Counted from the stretch's first letter, positions 1-10,042 are shown. The stretch: 64,000 nucleotides of DNA from Sedimentisphaerales bacterium (GCA_963708075.1 OY970194.1:1632001-1696000), one strand, 5' to 3'. Notes: generated by a model from the letters alone, not told the origin. A program made the numbers and translations.

Positions 1-329
1 GCGGCAGTTTCCAGCCCCAAGGACACGTGCAGGTCCTGATGAACCTCCTCGACTTCGGCATGTCCCCACAGCAGGCCGGCGAGCAGCCGCGAATCGAGCA
101 CGCCGAAAGCTCCGAGCCCACCGGCACAAAAATGATCGGCTGCGGCACCGTCGGTTTCGAGCGAGGCATCAGTGACGACGCGAAGTTGAAACTCGCCTAC
201 ATGGGCCACAAGGTCCGCCCGAACTTAGGCGCCTTCGGCGGCTACCAGGGCATCTGGCGCCAGGATGACCCACTACGTTACTTCGGCGGCTCCGACCCCC
301 GCAAAGACGGCTGCGCCGTCGGTTATTAG
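1..329 (+). CDS. ggt: Gamma-glutamyltransferase, C-terminal part (5' truncated by window edge)
   Basis: Frame from nt 3 reads GSFQPQGHVQVLMNLLDFGMSPQQA...PRI...GGYQGI...GGSDPRKDGCAVGY, the typical GGT small-subunit C-terminus. Confidence 0.9.
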   Translation, partial: GSFQPQGHVQVLMNLLDFGMSPQQAGEQPRIEHAESSEPTGTKMIGCGTVGFERGISDDAKLKLAYMGHKVRPNLGAFGGYQGIWRQDDPLRYFGGSDPRKDGCAVGY

Positions 330-381
330 CCACATGTGGAATACGCAGGTTGGACCGCCTCATTTTTGGGAGTACATAGCA

Positions 382-1329
382 ATGCACATTCGAAATCTCC
401 TGGTCACAGCATCATTCGTTCTTCTCGGGACTTCTGTCGTTGCCGTTTCGGCCCAGGCGACTGTCGGCACGATCGAGGCAAAGCTGCAGGAAAACCAGAT
501 CGTCGTCACGGTAGGCGGGCAACTGTTCACCTGCTACAAGTTCGACCCATCCCAGAAGTATCCCTACTTCTGGCCGGTCAACGGCCCGGCCTCGGGCAAG
601 TCCGTTACGACCGAGACATCGGAGCCCTACCCGCACCATCACTCGCTCTTCTTCGGCTGCGATCGGGTCAATGGCGGCAATTACTGGCAGGAGAGCAACG
701 AACGCGGTCAGATCATCTCCCAGGGACCGAAGATCGTTGAATCCTCGGGCAGCAAGGTCGTCTTCACCGACGAAACTCGCTGGAAGCAACCCGGCAAAGA
801 CCCCATCATTCGCGACCGCCGGCAGGTCGTCATCACCGCTCCCAGCGCTGGCCTGCGCCTCATCGACTTCACGATCAGCATGGAACCGCTGGTGGACATC
901 CGGATTCTCAAGACGAACCACTCGCTGTTCTCCGCTCGCGTTGTGCTCGAACTGGGCGTCGCCAAAGGCGGGACGCTGGTCAATGCGGAAGGCCAGACCG
1001 GGGAAAAGGGAACGTTTGGCGTCGCTTCGCCATGGTGCGACTACTACGGCACACGGGCCGGCGTCACCGAGGGCCTCGCCATCCTCCAGCATCCGGGCAA
1101 TCGCTGGTATCCCGCCAAGTGGTTCACGCGTGACTATGGCTTCTTCTCCCCGACCCCGATGTACTGGCTCGAAGGCGATCAACTGGATCTCCCCAAGGGC
1201 CGGAAGCTGACCCTCAGTTACCGCGTCGTCGTCCACAGCGGCGACACGCAGAAAGCCGGCATCGCCGCCATCTTCGATGCCTACAAACGCGCAGAAGGAC
1301 AGCCGCCGACTGCACCGAACGCCAAGTAG
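382..1329 (+). CDS. Secreted DUF6807 ('PmoA-like') family protein, probably carbohydrate-related
   Basis: Signal peptide MHIRNLLVTASFVLLG..AQA; motifs KYPYFWPV.GP, PYPHHHSLFF, WCDYYG, HPGN, WFTRDYG; start placed at ATG 382. Confidence 0.75.
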   Translation: MHIRNLLVTASFVLLGTSVVAVSAQATVGTIEAKLQENQIVVTVGGQLFTCYKFDPSQKYPYFWPVNGPASGKSVTTETSEPYPHHHSLFFGCDRVNGGNYWQESNERGQIISQGPKIVESSGSKVVFTDETRWKQPGKDPIIRDRRQVVITAPSAGLRLIDFTISMEPLVDIRILKTNHSLFSARVVLELGVAKGGTLVNAEGQTGEKGTFGVASPWCDYYGTRAGVTEGLAILQHPGNRWYPAKWFTRDYGFFSPTPMYWLEGDQLDLPKGRKLTLSYRVVVHSGDTQKAGIAAIFDAYKRAEGQPPTAPNAK

Positions 1330-1347
1330 GGTGGAGCTTGCCCCACC
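1326..1347 (+). repeat. GTAG-tagged REP palindrome overlapping the stop codon of the upstream gene
   Basis: GTAGGGTGGAGCTTGCCCCACC; near-identical copy at 31945-31966. Confidence 0.8.
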
Positions 1348-1430
1348 GATTCCCTTTCGTTGTTGCCACAGACGTCACCGAGAACGTACAGAGAGAAAGA
1401 CCAAGAGCAAGTCTTACCCGAGGCTCAGTA

Positions 1431-1456
1431 TGTCATTCCCGCGAAGGCGGGAATCC
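1431..1456 (+). repeat. CGTC/dRS3-like palindrome
   Basis: TGTCATTCCCGCGAAGGCGGGAATCC (ATTCCC-N8-GGGAAT core). Confidence 0.7.
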
Positions 1457-1761
1457 ATGCCTGTCTCATCCGCAGATTTCGCCGATTTGCGCCGATCCTG
1501 ACAGGCAATCCACGCTTGACAACTGCGATCTGACGGCGGGCACCTGCAACGCTCGCTTTGGCCAATGATACTCTTTCCATTTTCTCAGCATGGCTCTACA
1601 ATATGGCCGCAAATACATGATGAAGGGTCCTGGGAGATGGAGATGAACCCTCGGTTCAGTGGGTCGAAGTGGTGGCAGACGATGGGTAATCTGACGCTCG
1701 TATTCTTTTGAAGCGTCATATCGATGACCCCCAGTGTACCTCTTGATCAGAGAGGAACTGA

Positions 1762-2745
1762 ATGAAGGCATCAGAAGCTTACAAGCGGCTATATCACTAC
1801 ACCGATTCGGGCGGGTTGCTGGGAATCCTACGGACAAACACTTTGTGGGCAACTCGCTACGATTGTCTCCGTGATTCCTCAGAAATAGTCTTCGCCAAAG
1901 ACGAATTGATCCTCCGAATTCGTCGGCGTGTGCGTGAGGAATATGAAAAGCTGATTCGACAATCAGCAGACCTTGAGCAGAAAATCAACCAACAAGGAGG
2001 GTTGGACCAGATTAGTCAGCATGATGCGGACGTTTTTGTCAAGGCGCATTATAAGGCAACTGGAGACGAGATATACATCCTTTCATTCTGTGAACACCAC
2101 AATGACTCCTATGTCAGCGACCACGGGCTGCTGAGCCAATGGCGAGCTTATGGAGTTGGGGGTGGTTTCGCCCTAGTATTCGATACCCACAGATTGGAGG
2201 AGATGTTGCACGCAGAGGCAGAGAGATTCGCACACGGGCCAATGCATCTCTCTGATGTTGTGTATAGCCACGATGAGGAGAAGTTGGAACGGGAGCTATC
2301 CGGAGATCTATCCGTTATCGCCAATAGCGTGGCAAATTTCTTCCGCGTTGTCACCAGTGAACGGGAGAAGGAAGAACGCGAGACATGTTTTCTCGACAGC
2401 TACGAGCCTTTCTTCAATTGTATCACACGTCTTAAGCATCGGGGCTTCTATGAGGAGAACGAGATTAGACTGACTGTTTTGCGAACTGTCCGGGATCAGG
2501 AATTGTCAAGGCGAGCCGGGAGGGAAGACGTCACGCTAGCGCCCGAAAAAAAGGTGAAGGTTCGTGATAGAAATGGCCAGCTTGTGCCTTATATTGAGCT
2601 TTTCGATTCAGCTAACATGAAGCTCCCGATTGAGAGAATCATCGTTGGACCTCACAAAGACAAAGAGGCTCGCGCAAGTGCGTTACGCCAAATGCTGAGC
2701 AATACCGGGATTGAAATAACGTGTTCTGATATCCCTTACATTTGA
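1762..2745 (+). CDS. DUF2971 domain protein (AT-richer islet)
   Basis: LYHYTD..GLLGIL...LWAT, LLSQWRAYG, K...F.EENE.R, PYIE, IERIIVGP, SDIPY motifs. Confidence 0.85.
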   Translation: MKASEAYKRLYHYTDSGGLLGILRTNTLWATRYDCLRDSSEIVFAKDELILRIRRRVREEYEKLIRQSADLEQKINQQGGLDQISQHDADVFVKAHYKATGDEIYILSFCEHHNDSYVSDHGLLSQWRAYGVGGGFALVFDTHRLEEMLHAEAERFAHGPMHLSDVVYSHDEEKLERELSGDLSVIANSVANFFRVVTSEREKEERETCFLDSYEPFFNCITRLKHRGFYEENEIRLTVLRTVRDQELSRRAGREDVTLAPEKKVKVRDRNGQLVPYIELFDSANMKLPIERIIVGPHKDKEARASALRQMLSNTGIEITCSDIPYI

Positions 2746-2818
2746 GGGGATTTGAGCGAGGCAACAGCGATTTCGCATTGCGTCATTGGATACTCGAATC
2801 TGTCCCGGCTTTCGACAT

Positions 2819-3964
2819 TCATATTTCGGCCTTGGCCCTGCTCAGTTCCAGCAGGCGGGCGGCGATGGCTTCGGCGGCGTTGGGCTTGGCGACGAGCTTG
2901 CAGGCCTCGGACATTTCCTGACGCGTCAGATCGTCTTTCATCAGGGTCTGCAACTCCTCGGCGAGCCATTCGGTGCGGTCCTGCACGTTGGAGACGTCGT
3001 CCACGACGATGGCGGCGCCGACCTCGACGAGCTTGCCGGCGTTGCGGTACTGGTGCATGTCTTTGTGGTGCGGATAGGGCATGCAGATGCTCGGGACGCC
3101 GGCAGCCGCGTACTCGGCGACGCTGACCGCCCCGCTGCGGCCGACTACCAGGTCCGCCGCGGCCAACAGGTCCGGCATCCCCTCGTAGTAGGCCACCACT
3201 TTGTGGGCAATCCGGGCCTCCTTGTATCCATTCAGGACCGTCTCATAGTTGTCGAGCCCCGTCAGATGCACGATTTGCCAGGAGTCAGCGAACTGAGCCA
3301 ACTGACCGAGCAGGCCGCAGACCGCCTCGTTGATACGGGCCGAGCCGCTGGAGGCGCCGGTGATGAGCAGGACCTTTTTGGCAGGGTCCAGGCCCAAGTC
3401 CTGGATCGCCGCCTCCGGGTGCGGATGCGCAAAGCCGCTGCGCAGGGGACAGCCGACCACGTTGATCCTCGCCCGGCTTCGCTGGAAGTACTTGCCGCTC
3501 TCCTCAAACTGCACGAAGATTTCATCCGCCCAGCGTGCGGCGAGCTTGTTGGCCCGCCCGGGTATAAGGTCAACGTTCAACAGTGTCACGGGAACGCCCA
3601 ACTTTCGCCCCGCCAGGCACACCGGCGCCGCGACGAAGCCGCCGGCTCCGACCACGACCGCATGGGCGGGTTTCAAACCCGCCCCTACATCGGCGATCAG
3701 CTTTTTGGCCCGAGTGTAACTTCGCCGAAACGTCCACAGGAATCGCAGGAACTTCAAGGGGTGCGAGGCCAGCCCGACCGCCGGCAGCGGCGTGCGTGCG
3801 AACGGCGTCTTGCCCAGGATATGCTCATCGACCGCCCGCGTGCTGTGGAAGAAGTGAATGCCGGCATCCGGCTGCTGCTTGAGGATTTGCTCAGCGACGG
3901 CCAAGGCCGGGTAAATGTGCCCGCCTGTCCCGCCACCCGCGAAGAAAAACGACACCTTGCTCAC
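2819..3964 (-). CDS. murG: Undecaprenyl-PP-MurNAc-pentapeptide GlcNAc transferase
   Basis: GGGTGGHIYPALA, PGRANK, VGCPLR, GRSGA.SVAE, HQYRNA motifs; GTG start at 3964 inferred. Confidence 0.93.
   Translation of the reverse strand: MSKVSFFFAGGGTGGHIYPALAVAEQILKQQPDAGIHFFHSTRAVDEHILGKTPFARTPLPAVGLASHPLKFLRFLWTFRRSYTRAKKLIADVGAGLKPAHAVVVGAGGFVAAPVCLAGRKLGVPVTLLNVDLIPGRANKLAARWADEIFVQFEESGKYFQRSRARINVVGCPLRSGFAHPHPEAAIQDLGLDPAKKVLLITGASSGSARINEAVCGLLGQLAQFADSWQIVHLTGLDNYETVLNGYKEARIAHKVVAYYEGMPDLLAAADLVVGRSGAVSVAEYAAAGVPSICMPYPHHKDMHQYRNAGKLVEVGAAIVVDDVSNVQDRTEWLAEELQTLMKDDLTRQEMSEACKLVAKPNAAEAIAARLLELSRAKAEI
3664..3688 (-). repeat. GTAG-tagged REP palindrome inside the murG coding sequence
   Basis: Minus strand GTAGGGGCGGGTTTGAAACCCGCCC, read in frame as VGAGLKPA. 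Confidence 0.8.
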
Positions 3965-4154
3965 ACTTGCCCCTTGCCTAACTACCTCGGCCACACCCTT
4001 ACTCAGCGACAGCCCCACTTCGAGCCTATCGCAGAAACCTCGTTCCTATCCTACTCGCTGCCGGGCCGATTTGTACACTGTTTTGTCCGCTCCGTGAGGG
4101 CCGTATCCCAAAGAGTGCAGGGCGATGAAGATGGGTTGCTTTTCACACGCTTTC

Positions 4155-7100
4155 TTACGGTATGATGGTACTTGCGGCCGCTGATCCTGCCTTGTGGCGC
4201 CACTGGCTGCCGAGCAGGGCCAGGTCCGGCCCGCCGACAGCGCCGTCGCGTGAGAGGTCGCCGGGGCTGCTCTCGCCGACGGTCGCCCAATCCGTAGCCA
4301 AGTGCGTCAAATCGAGCCAGTCCACGCGGTTATCATTGGTGATGTCGGCCAACAGCATCCATTGCGGCGGGGCTATGCCCGCCTCAACCGTGCCGCCATA
4401 GGCGCCCATGTCGATCCGGGGGTTCGCCGCCGTCAGGTTGTTCGGATCGCCCGGAATCGCGCTCGGCTCATCGCCCAAAGCCCGGCCGGGATTGCCTGCG
4501 TCGATGCACGGGCTGGTCTCGCTGTCCTGTATCCATCTCGCCAAGCTTTCATCCCATCGCCGGCCCTGGGTGCGGAGGTGATAATCCCCATTGGACATAT
4601 CCACAAACCGGGGATCGGAGCCGATATTGCCGATGCCGCCGAGGGTGCCCGTGAGGCCTTCCACGCAGCAATAATCCATTGCGATTTCGCCGCCGTTCCT
4701 CGCGGCCTGTGCAAGCTCCGAGCCGAGCCCATTGGCTGTGTCTACATTCGCCCACAGGATGCAGTTCTCCATGCGGAGCACGCCGTCCCCACCGCTGAGG
4801 ACTCCTCCATATTTCTGCCCGGCCTGGTTACCGCTGATCGTGCAGTTCATCACTCTCGCAACCGATTTCTCGATCAACATCGCGCCGCCGGTACGCTCAG
4901 CGCGGTTGCCGCTGAAGACGCAGTTCGACAACGTTACGTCGCTGTTCTCCGAGATGGACATGGCGCCGATGGTCTTCGCCGAGTTGCCTGAGAAGAGGCA
5001 GTGTGAAAACGTTGAGTGACTGCCGCGGCTGTCCACGGCACCGCCCTGCTCGCCGGAATTGCCGGTGAATACGCAGCGAATCACGCGGGCGCCGCTGCCG
5101 GTGAAATTCGCCATCGCCCCTCCGGTCAAGCTTGCGGAGTTTCCGATGAAGGTGCAATCTTCAACGGTAGGGCTGCTCTTCTGCCCATTGGCCATGCCGC
5201 CGCCACTGCCGACGACACGCTTTACGGAGCACGTGTTGTCCTCGAACGTGCAGCCGGCAACGGTTGGATGGCTGCCGTAGGAGTTGCACAGTCCGCCGCC
5301 ATATTCGTCGGCGGAATTCTTGCGGAAGATACAATTGCGGATTGTCGGGCTGCTGGCGATGCACTGAATGCCCCCGCCGTAGTCCGCATTGCCGCCGTTG
5401 CTGATCGTGAAGCCCTCCAGGACGGCGTCTTTGCCCTCCCCGCCTTGGAACGCGAAGGCCCGGCCCTCGCCCCGGCAATCGATGATACACGATTGCGGGC
5501 CATTCTCGCTGCGCACAGTGATCGCTTTGCCACCAAAGTCGATCTCGATGTTGCCCTCGCCTGAGTACGTGCCATCGGCGACCCAGACCGTGTCGCCGTT
5601 CCAGGCGTCGTCAATGGCGGCCTGAATCGTCGGGTACACGCTCGGCACGCGGAACCCCGCGAAGTCGCCGCTGATCTCAAAGGAATAATATCGCCCCTCG
5701 TTGTCGGCTATTGCTTCGTTTCCTGCCCGGTCCGCCATCGCCACAAGAAAGTAGTACGCGGTCCCCGGCGTCGGCCCCAGGATCTTGATGGCGTGCCGGT
5801 CACTCAGTTCCGTATCCGTGGCGTTCAGGGAGAAGGGCCCGGCCAGTGTGTCGGCGTAGCGAATCTCGGCTCGTGTTGGCTCGCTCGTCACCAGCTCAAC
5901 TCGCACAGTCCCGCCACGGATCTGGACCGTCTGTTCCGTGAGCGAGGGAGCCTCGTAATCCATGTGGGCGGATGCCTCGATCCATTGGTTCGGCCTTTGG
6001 GAGCCGTCATCCGCGTTCAGATACCGCGCGACAACGCGTTCGCCATTCTCCGCCTGTACGCGTCCATCCCCAGTCTGGAGCCTGCCGCGTTCACTCGCCA
6101 CGGCGCCGCGGAACACGCCCCTGGCCTCCACAGTCTCAACGAGTGTCACCGTTTCTGTATCTCCCCCATCCGTAACGATCAGCACGGATTGTGTCCCGGA
6201 GCCGCCCAGATCCCCATCCGCCAGGAGTACGCCGATCTCGTCACCCTCTGCATATGCCGGCTGATCGAATCGCACGGCCCCCTGTGAGGGCACCGCCGCA
6301 CGCATTGCCCGGCCCACGTTCAGCCGGCTGTCGGATGCGCAGATACCCGCCGCAATCGCGTCGCCCGTGGACAGCACGATCTGCTCCACTTCCTCGATCG
6401 TGAGGAGCGGATTGGCGGCCAGCAGCAACGCACACGCCCCGGAGACATGCGGGGTGGCCATCGACGTGCCCGACACCGTTATTGTGTATGTATCATTGCC
6501 CGCCGGCGAGGAGATATGCGAGGCGCGAAGGGAGAGGATATCACGTCCCGGCGCCGCAATATCCACCCAGTCACCATAATTCGACAGGAAGTGCCGCTTA
6601 TCGTTCGATTCCGTTGCCGCCACCGCGATGACCTCGGGGTACGCCGCCGGGTAGAACGGTGTATCGGAACCCTCGTTGCCCGCGGCCGCGACAACGATCA
6701 CGCCCTGCCGCCGGGCGTACGCGATAGCGTCCTGGATCACCTGCGATTCATCCTCGCCGCCCCAACTCAGCGAGATCACATCGGCCCCATTGGCGACAGC
6801 GTAGTAGATCGCGGGGGCCGCATCGGCCGAGGTGCCGTCACCCGCGGCGTCGAGAATCTTCAAGGCTATGACGCGGGCGTTCCAACACACACCTGCGATA
6901 TCAAGCCCATTATTTCCGACCGCAGCGGCTATCCCGGCGACTTGCGTCCCGTGGCCATGGTCATCATTCGGGTCACTGTTGTTGTACGCGAAGTTGTACC
7001 CATGGACATCGTCGATATAGCCGTTATCGTCGTCGTCCACGCCGGGCACCCCATTCAGTTCCGCCTCGTTGCACCAGATGTTGGCCTGAAGGTCGCGGTG

Positions 7101-7655
7101 GGTATAGTCCACGCCTGTATCGATCACGGCGATGACCACGTCGTCGCTGCCCCGGCAGGTCTCCCAGGCCTCGGGGGCCGCGATTTTCTCCATGCCCCAC
7201 TGCCTGCAGTATTCCGGGTCATTCGGTTCCCTGCAGATAGAGATGGCATGGCTCAGTTCGGCATACTCTACGTCCGGGTCCCGCCGCAGGGCCTCCAGAA
7301 GATCGGCAATCGTGTCACGAGTTCCGGCATCCACCCGAACACGGTAGATACCACTCAGATCAGGCACGTCTCCGCTATCGCGGTTACGCCCCTGACGCAG
7401 TACAAGACGTCCCTGCTGCCGCGTCCGGAGCATCCGGGACCTTGTCCGCTGTCGTTCGGAACGTGTCACTAACGCTCTGGTCTCTCGCACATGGCCGTGC
7501 TTGTGAAGCGTTTGTAGACTCTTGGGCAGAAGAGACGTGCCGTCGTCCCCCCGCTTTTCTGTTGCCTGCGGACGCAGCTTGATGATGATTTCACATTGTG
7601 GGGCGCGACTTGTGTCTGGACCGCGGGCGACCACCGGCACGACAATTGCCGACAA
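4155..7655 (-). CDS. Secreted modular S8 (subtilisin-like) protease: prodomain, S8, Ig/Fn3-like, right-handed beta-helix, C-terminal dockerin-like domain
   Basis: Triad VIDTGVD / HGHGTQVAG / GTSMATPHV; TIQAAID..GD.V.VADGTY and F.GN.A..GG repeats; paired D.N.D..V...D motifs; a signal-like stretch continues upstream to about 7715, so the true start is uncertain. Confidence 0.9.
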   Translation of the reverse strand: MSAIVVPVVARGPDTSRAPQCEIIIKLRPQATEKRGDDGTSLLPKSLQTLHKHGHVRETRALVTRSERQRTRSRMLRTRQQGRLVLRQGRNRDSGDVPDLSGIYRVRVDAGTRDTIADLLEALRRDPDVEYAELSHAISICREPNDPEYCRQWGMEKIAAPEAWETCRGSDDVVIAVIDTGVDYTHRDLQANIWCNEAELNGVPGVDDDDNGYIDDVHGYNFAYNNSDPNDDHGHGTQVAGIAAAVGNNGLDIAGVCWNARVIALKILDAAGDGTSADAAPAIYYAVANGADVISLSWGGEDESQVIQDAIAYARRQGVIVVAAAGNEGSDTPFYPAAYPEVIAVAATESNDKRHFLSNYGDWVDIAAPGRDILSLRASHISSPAGNDTYTITVSGTSMATPHVSGACALLLAANPLLTIEEVEQIVLSTGDAIAAGICASDSRLNVGRAMRAAVPSQGAVRFDQPAYAEGDEIGVLLADGDLGGSGTQSVLIVTDGGDTETVTLVETVEARGVFRGAVASERGRLQTGDGRVQAENGERVVARYLNADDGSQRPNQWIEASAHMDYEAPSLTEQTVQIRGGTVRVELVTSEPTRAEIRYADTLAGPFSLNATDTELSDRHAIKILGPTPGTAYYFLVAMADRAGNEAIADNEGRYYSFEISGDFAGFRVPSVYPTIQAAIDDAWNGDTVWVADGTYSGEGNIEIDFGGKAITVRSENGPQSCIIDCRGEGRAFAFQGGEGKDAVLEGFTISNGGNADYGGGIQCIASSPTIRNCIFRKNSADEYGGGLCNSYGSHPTVAGCTFEDNTCSVKRVVGSGGGMANGQKSSPTVEDCTFIGNSASLTGGAMANFTGSGARVIRCVFTGNSGEQGGAVDSRGSHSTFSHCLFSGNSAKTIGAMSISENSDVTLSNCVFSGNRAERTGGAMLIEKSVARVMNCTISGNQAGQKYGGVLSGGDGVLRMENCILWANVDTANGLGSELAQAARNGGEIAMDYCCVEGLTGTLGGIGNIGSDPRFVDMSNGDYHLRTQGRRWDESLARWIQDSETSPCIDAGNPGRALGDEPSAIPGDPNNLTAANPRIDMGAYGGTVEAGIAPPQWMLLADITNDNRVDWLDLTHLATDWATVGESSPGDLSRDGAVGGPDLALLGSQWRHKAGSAAASTIIP

Positions 7656-7849
7656 AACGAGCAGGACGGTCGTAGCAAGTCGTGATCTTATTGCAGCGCC
7701 CTTTCTCCGGCTGTTTCACGCCCCCATTCCCTCGCCCATCAGGTCACGGCACATCGAGCCGTCACCCAGCCAACAGTATACCCGAAAATGCCCGAAAACG
7801 CACGTGAAAAATGGGAAAAAGACGCCGTAGCGCCACGGCGATGCCTTTC

Positions 7850-9022
7850 CTAAGTCTCGCTCAGATAGTCACTTACCGATGGCTCGGTTGACGTGCTGCG
7901 CACAGCGATACTCAGGAGGACTCCGACCGCCGCAGATGATAGCAGCATGCTCGTGCCCCCGGCACTGACAAACGGCAGCGGGATGCCCTTGGTGGGCAGG
8001 ACGACGGTCACGACGCCTATGTTCAGGGCGGCCTGAAGCCCGATGGTGAGCACGATGCCCGTCGCAAGCAGCCGGGCGAACCGATCCCGACAGCGAAGCA
8101 CGACCAGTAAACCCAGGCAGATAAACAGAATAAAGAGCACGATCAGCCCAATCGTCCCGAGCAGCCCAAGCTCCTCGCCGACGATGGAGAAGATAAAATC
8201 AGTGGTGTCTTCGGGCAGGTGTCCGTACTTGCAGGTGCCCTGGCCGAGCCCCTTGCCGAGAACCCCGCCGGAGCCGATGGCAATGAGCGACTGGTTCGCC
8301 TGATACGCCACGGAGTCGCCGTATCGCTCCGGGTAGAGGAACGCGAGCACACGGTCAAGGCGTTGCGGAGAATTATACAGAACCGCTATAAACCCTGCTA
8401 CACCAAAGGGTAACGGCATCAGCACGTGCCACCATCTCGCGCCGGCGATCACCAGCATCAGGAAGCTGATCAGCCCAATGAACACAGCGGTGCCGAGGTC
8501 CTCAATGATGATCAGCCCGCACACCATGCCGATCAGTGCACACAACGGCAGAAACCGCGTCCAGAACAGCCTTATGCCGCCGTCCAACTTGCCGCATGCC
8601 CCCGCCAGGAAGAGCACCATCGTCCATTTGGCCAGTTCCGATGGCTGAGAGCTGATGCTGACGGGTCCCAGAGGCACCCGAAGCCAGCGTCGGGCCCCAT
8701 ACATCTCCGTACCTACCGACGGAATCAAGACCAACGTAAGTAGCACCGCAGCCAGCACTAACAGCCAGAGCGCCGGCCATTTGTACCACTTCGTACGATA
8801 GCTCCAGAAGCGATAATCAGGCAGAGATGCCATAAACAGCGCCACGACGGCGATGGGGAAGAACATGATTTGGCGCAGGCCCGGGTACTCGTAGAACCGC
8901 CGCCATTCGAATTCATAGCTCAGGTTGGCGCCGGCCGAAAATACCATCACCGCCCCCGTCGCCATGAGGAACAGAATCACCATGGCGATCAAATCCGCCA
9001 GCCGGTTCCGACCTTCGCTCAT
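7850..9022 (-). CDS. ftsW: SEDS peptidoglycan polymerase FtsW/RodA
   Basis: GARRWL, QPSELAK, YQ..QSLIAIGSGG..GKG, LPE.TTDFIFSIVGEELG, LPTKGIPLPFVSAGGTS. Confidence 0.92.
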   Translation of the reverse strand: MSEGRNRLADLIAMVILFLMATGAVMVFSAGANLSYEFEWRRFYEYPGLRQIMFFPIAVVALFMASLPDYRFWSYRTKWYKWPALWLLVLAAVLLTLVLIPSVGTEMYGARRWLRVPLGPVSISSQPSELAKWTMVLFLAGACGKLDGGIRLFWTRFLPLCALIGMVCGLIIIEDLGTAVFIGLISFLMLVIAGARWWHVLMPLPFGVAGFIAVLYNSPQRLDRVLAFLYPERYGDSVAYQANQSLIAIGSGGVLGKGLGQGTCKYGHLPEDTTDFIFSIVGEELGLLGTIGLIVLFILFICLGLLVVLRCRDRFARLLATGIVLTIGLQAALNIGVVTVVLPTKGIPLPFVSAGGTSMLLSSAAVGVLLSIAVRSTSTEPSVSDYLSET

Positions 9023-9323
9023 AACTCCATCAACTGCAAGCATTTACCAGTGAATCCACCCCGCGCACAGTCCGAGAACATATTCTCCAATTTATTTCTT
9101 CGGCAGAACCGTGCGTTAATCTACAGAAAATCGCAGGAGATCGTGACGTACGATGCGCAACGGGCTTTTGGTGGAGCAGGCCGGGGTGTGTATCGGGATC
9201 GATCGGTTCGCGGATAGCAGACGCCCGGCTGGAATTGCTGAACCATGAGCGGCGGCTGCACAGTACCTGTATGGATGAGAGACACGGTGCAGGTTCATCA
9301 GCGGCTATTGAAAGGAGTCGGTG

Positions 9324-9824
9324 ATGGCGACGATGGAGAATCTCAAGGATGCGTTTGCGAGCGAGAGCCAGACGCACTGCAAGTATCTGGCGTTTGCCCG
9401 GAAGGCGGACGAGGATGGCTATCCGGAGGTGGCGAAGCTGTTCCGGGCGGCGGCTGCAGGCGAGGCCGTACACGCCATCGTCGACCTGCGGGCTATCGGC
9501 GAGGTCAGATCCACAGCGGAGAACCTCCAGGAGGCGACCAGCGGTGAGAGCATCGAATCCAGGGACGTGTACCCACGCTACGAGGCGATGGCCATGCAGG
9601 AGGACAACGTGACGGCCGTCGAATCGTTTCAGAACGCCATGGCCGCCGAGCAGGTCCATCAGAGCCTGTGCCTGGCGGCCTTGCGGCACATCAAGGGGGG
9701 ACAGGACCTGCCGCCACGCAGGATGTATGTGTGCGGCGAGTGCGGCGATCTGGCCGTCGACGAGCCCCCGCAGACATGCCCGGTGTGCAGCACCCCAGGC
9801 AACCACTTCGAAGAGGTACAGTGA
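9324..9824 (+). CDS. rbr: Rubrerythrin
   Basis: ENL.DAFA.ES, E..HA, GE..E...YP, AE..H di-iron ligands; C-terminal CxxC...CPVC rubredoxin domain. Confidence 0.9.
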   Translation: MATMENLKDAFASESQTHCKYLAFARKADEDGYPEVAKLFRAAAAGEAVHAIVDLRAIGEVRSTAENLQEATSGESIESRDVYPRYEAMAMQEDNVTAVESFQNAMAAEQVHQSLCLAALRHIKGGQDLPPRRMYVCGECGDLAVDEPPQTCPVCSTPGNHFEEVQ

Positions 9825-9845
9825 CTCCTGAGAGACTAACCGGCT

Positions 9846-9923
9846 GGGTGCCATGTCTACGCTTGCGTAGACATGTTCCACTCGATGGCAAGGCATGCTT
9901 ACGCGAGCGTAAGCATGGCACCC
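9846..9923. repeat. GGGTG-ended ~79 bp double-hairpin element (REPIN-like), copy 1
   Basis: GGGTGCCATG...CATGGCACCC termini; internal hairpins CATGTCTACGCTTGCGTAGACATG and CATGCTTACGCGAGCGTAAGCATG; copies at 24341 and 28512. Confidence 0.85.
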
Positions 9924-10042
9924 GAACCATCCCATTTCTTCCCGATACCAGCGAGAACCGGCGCGGCGACCCGACATGACAAATGGAAGCGTCCCCGCAA
10001 AATTTGCCCGCACACCATAGGCACCGGGCGCCGGGTTTTGGC

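Noticed and set aside
382..1329. Methane monooxygenase (family label 'PmoA')
   Set aside because: Soluble secreted protein with no pMMO TM helices and no pmoB/pmoC nearby; the label is a family-name artifact
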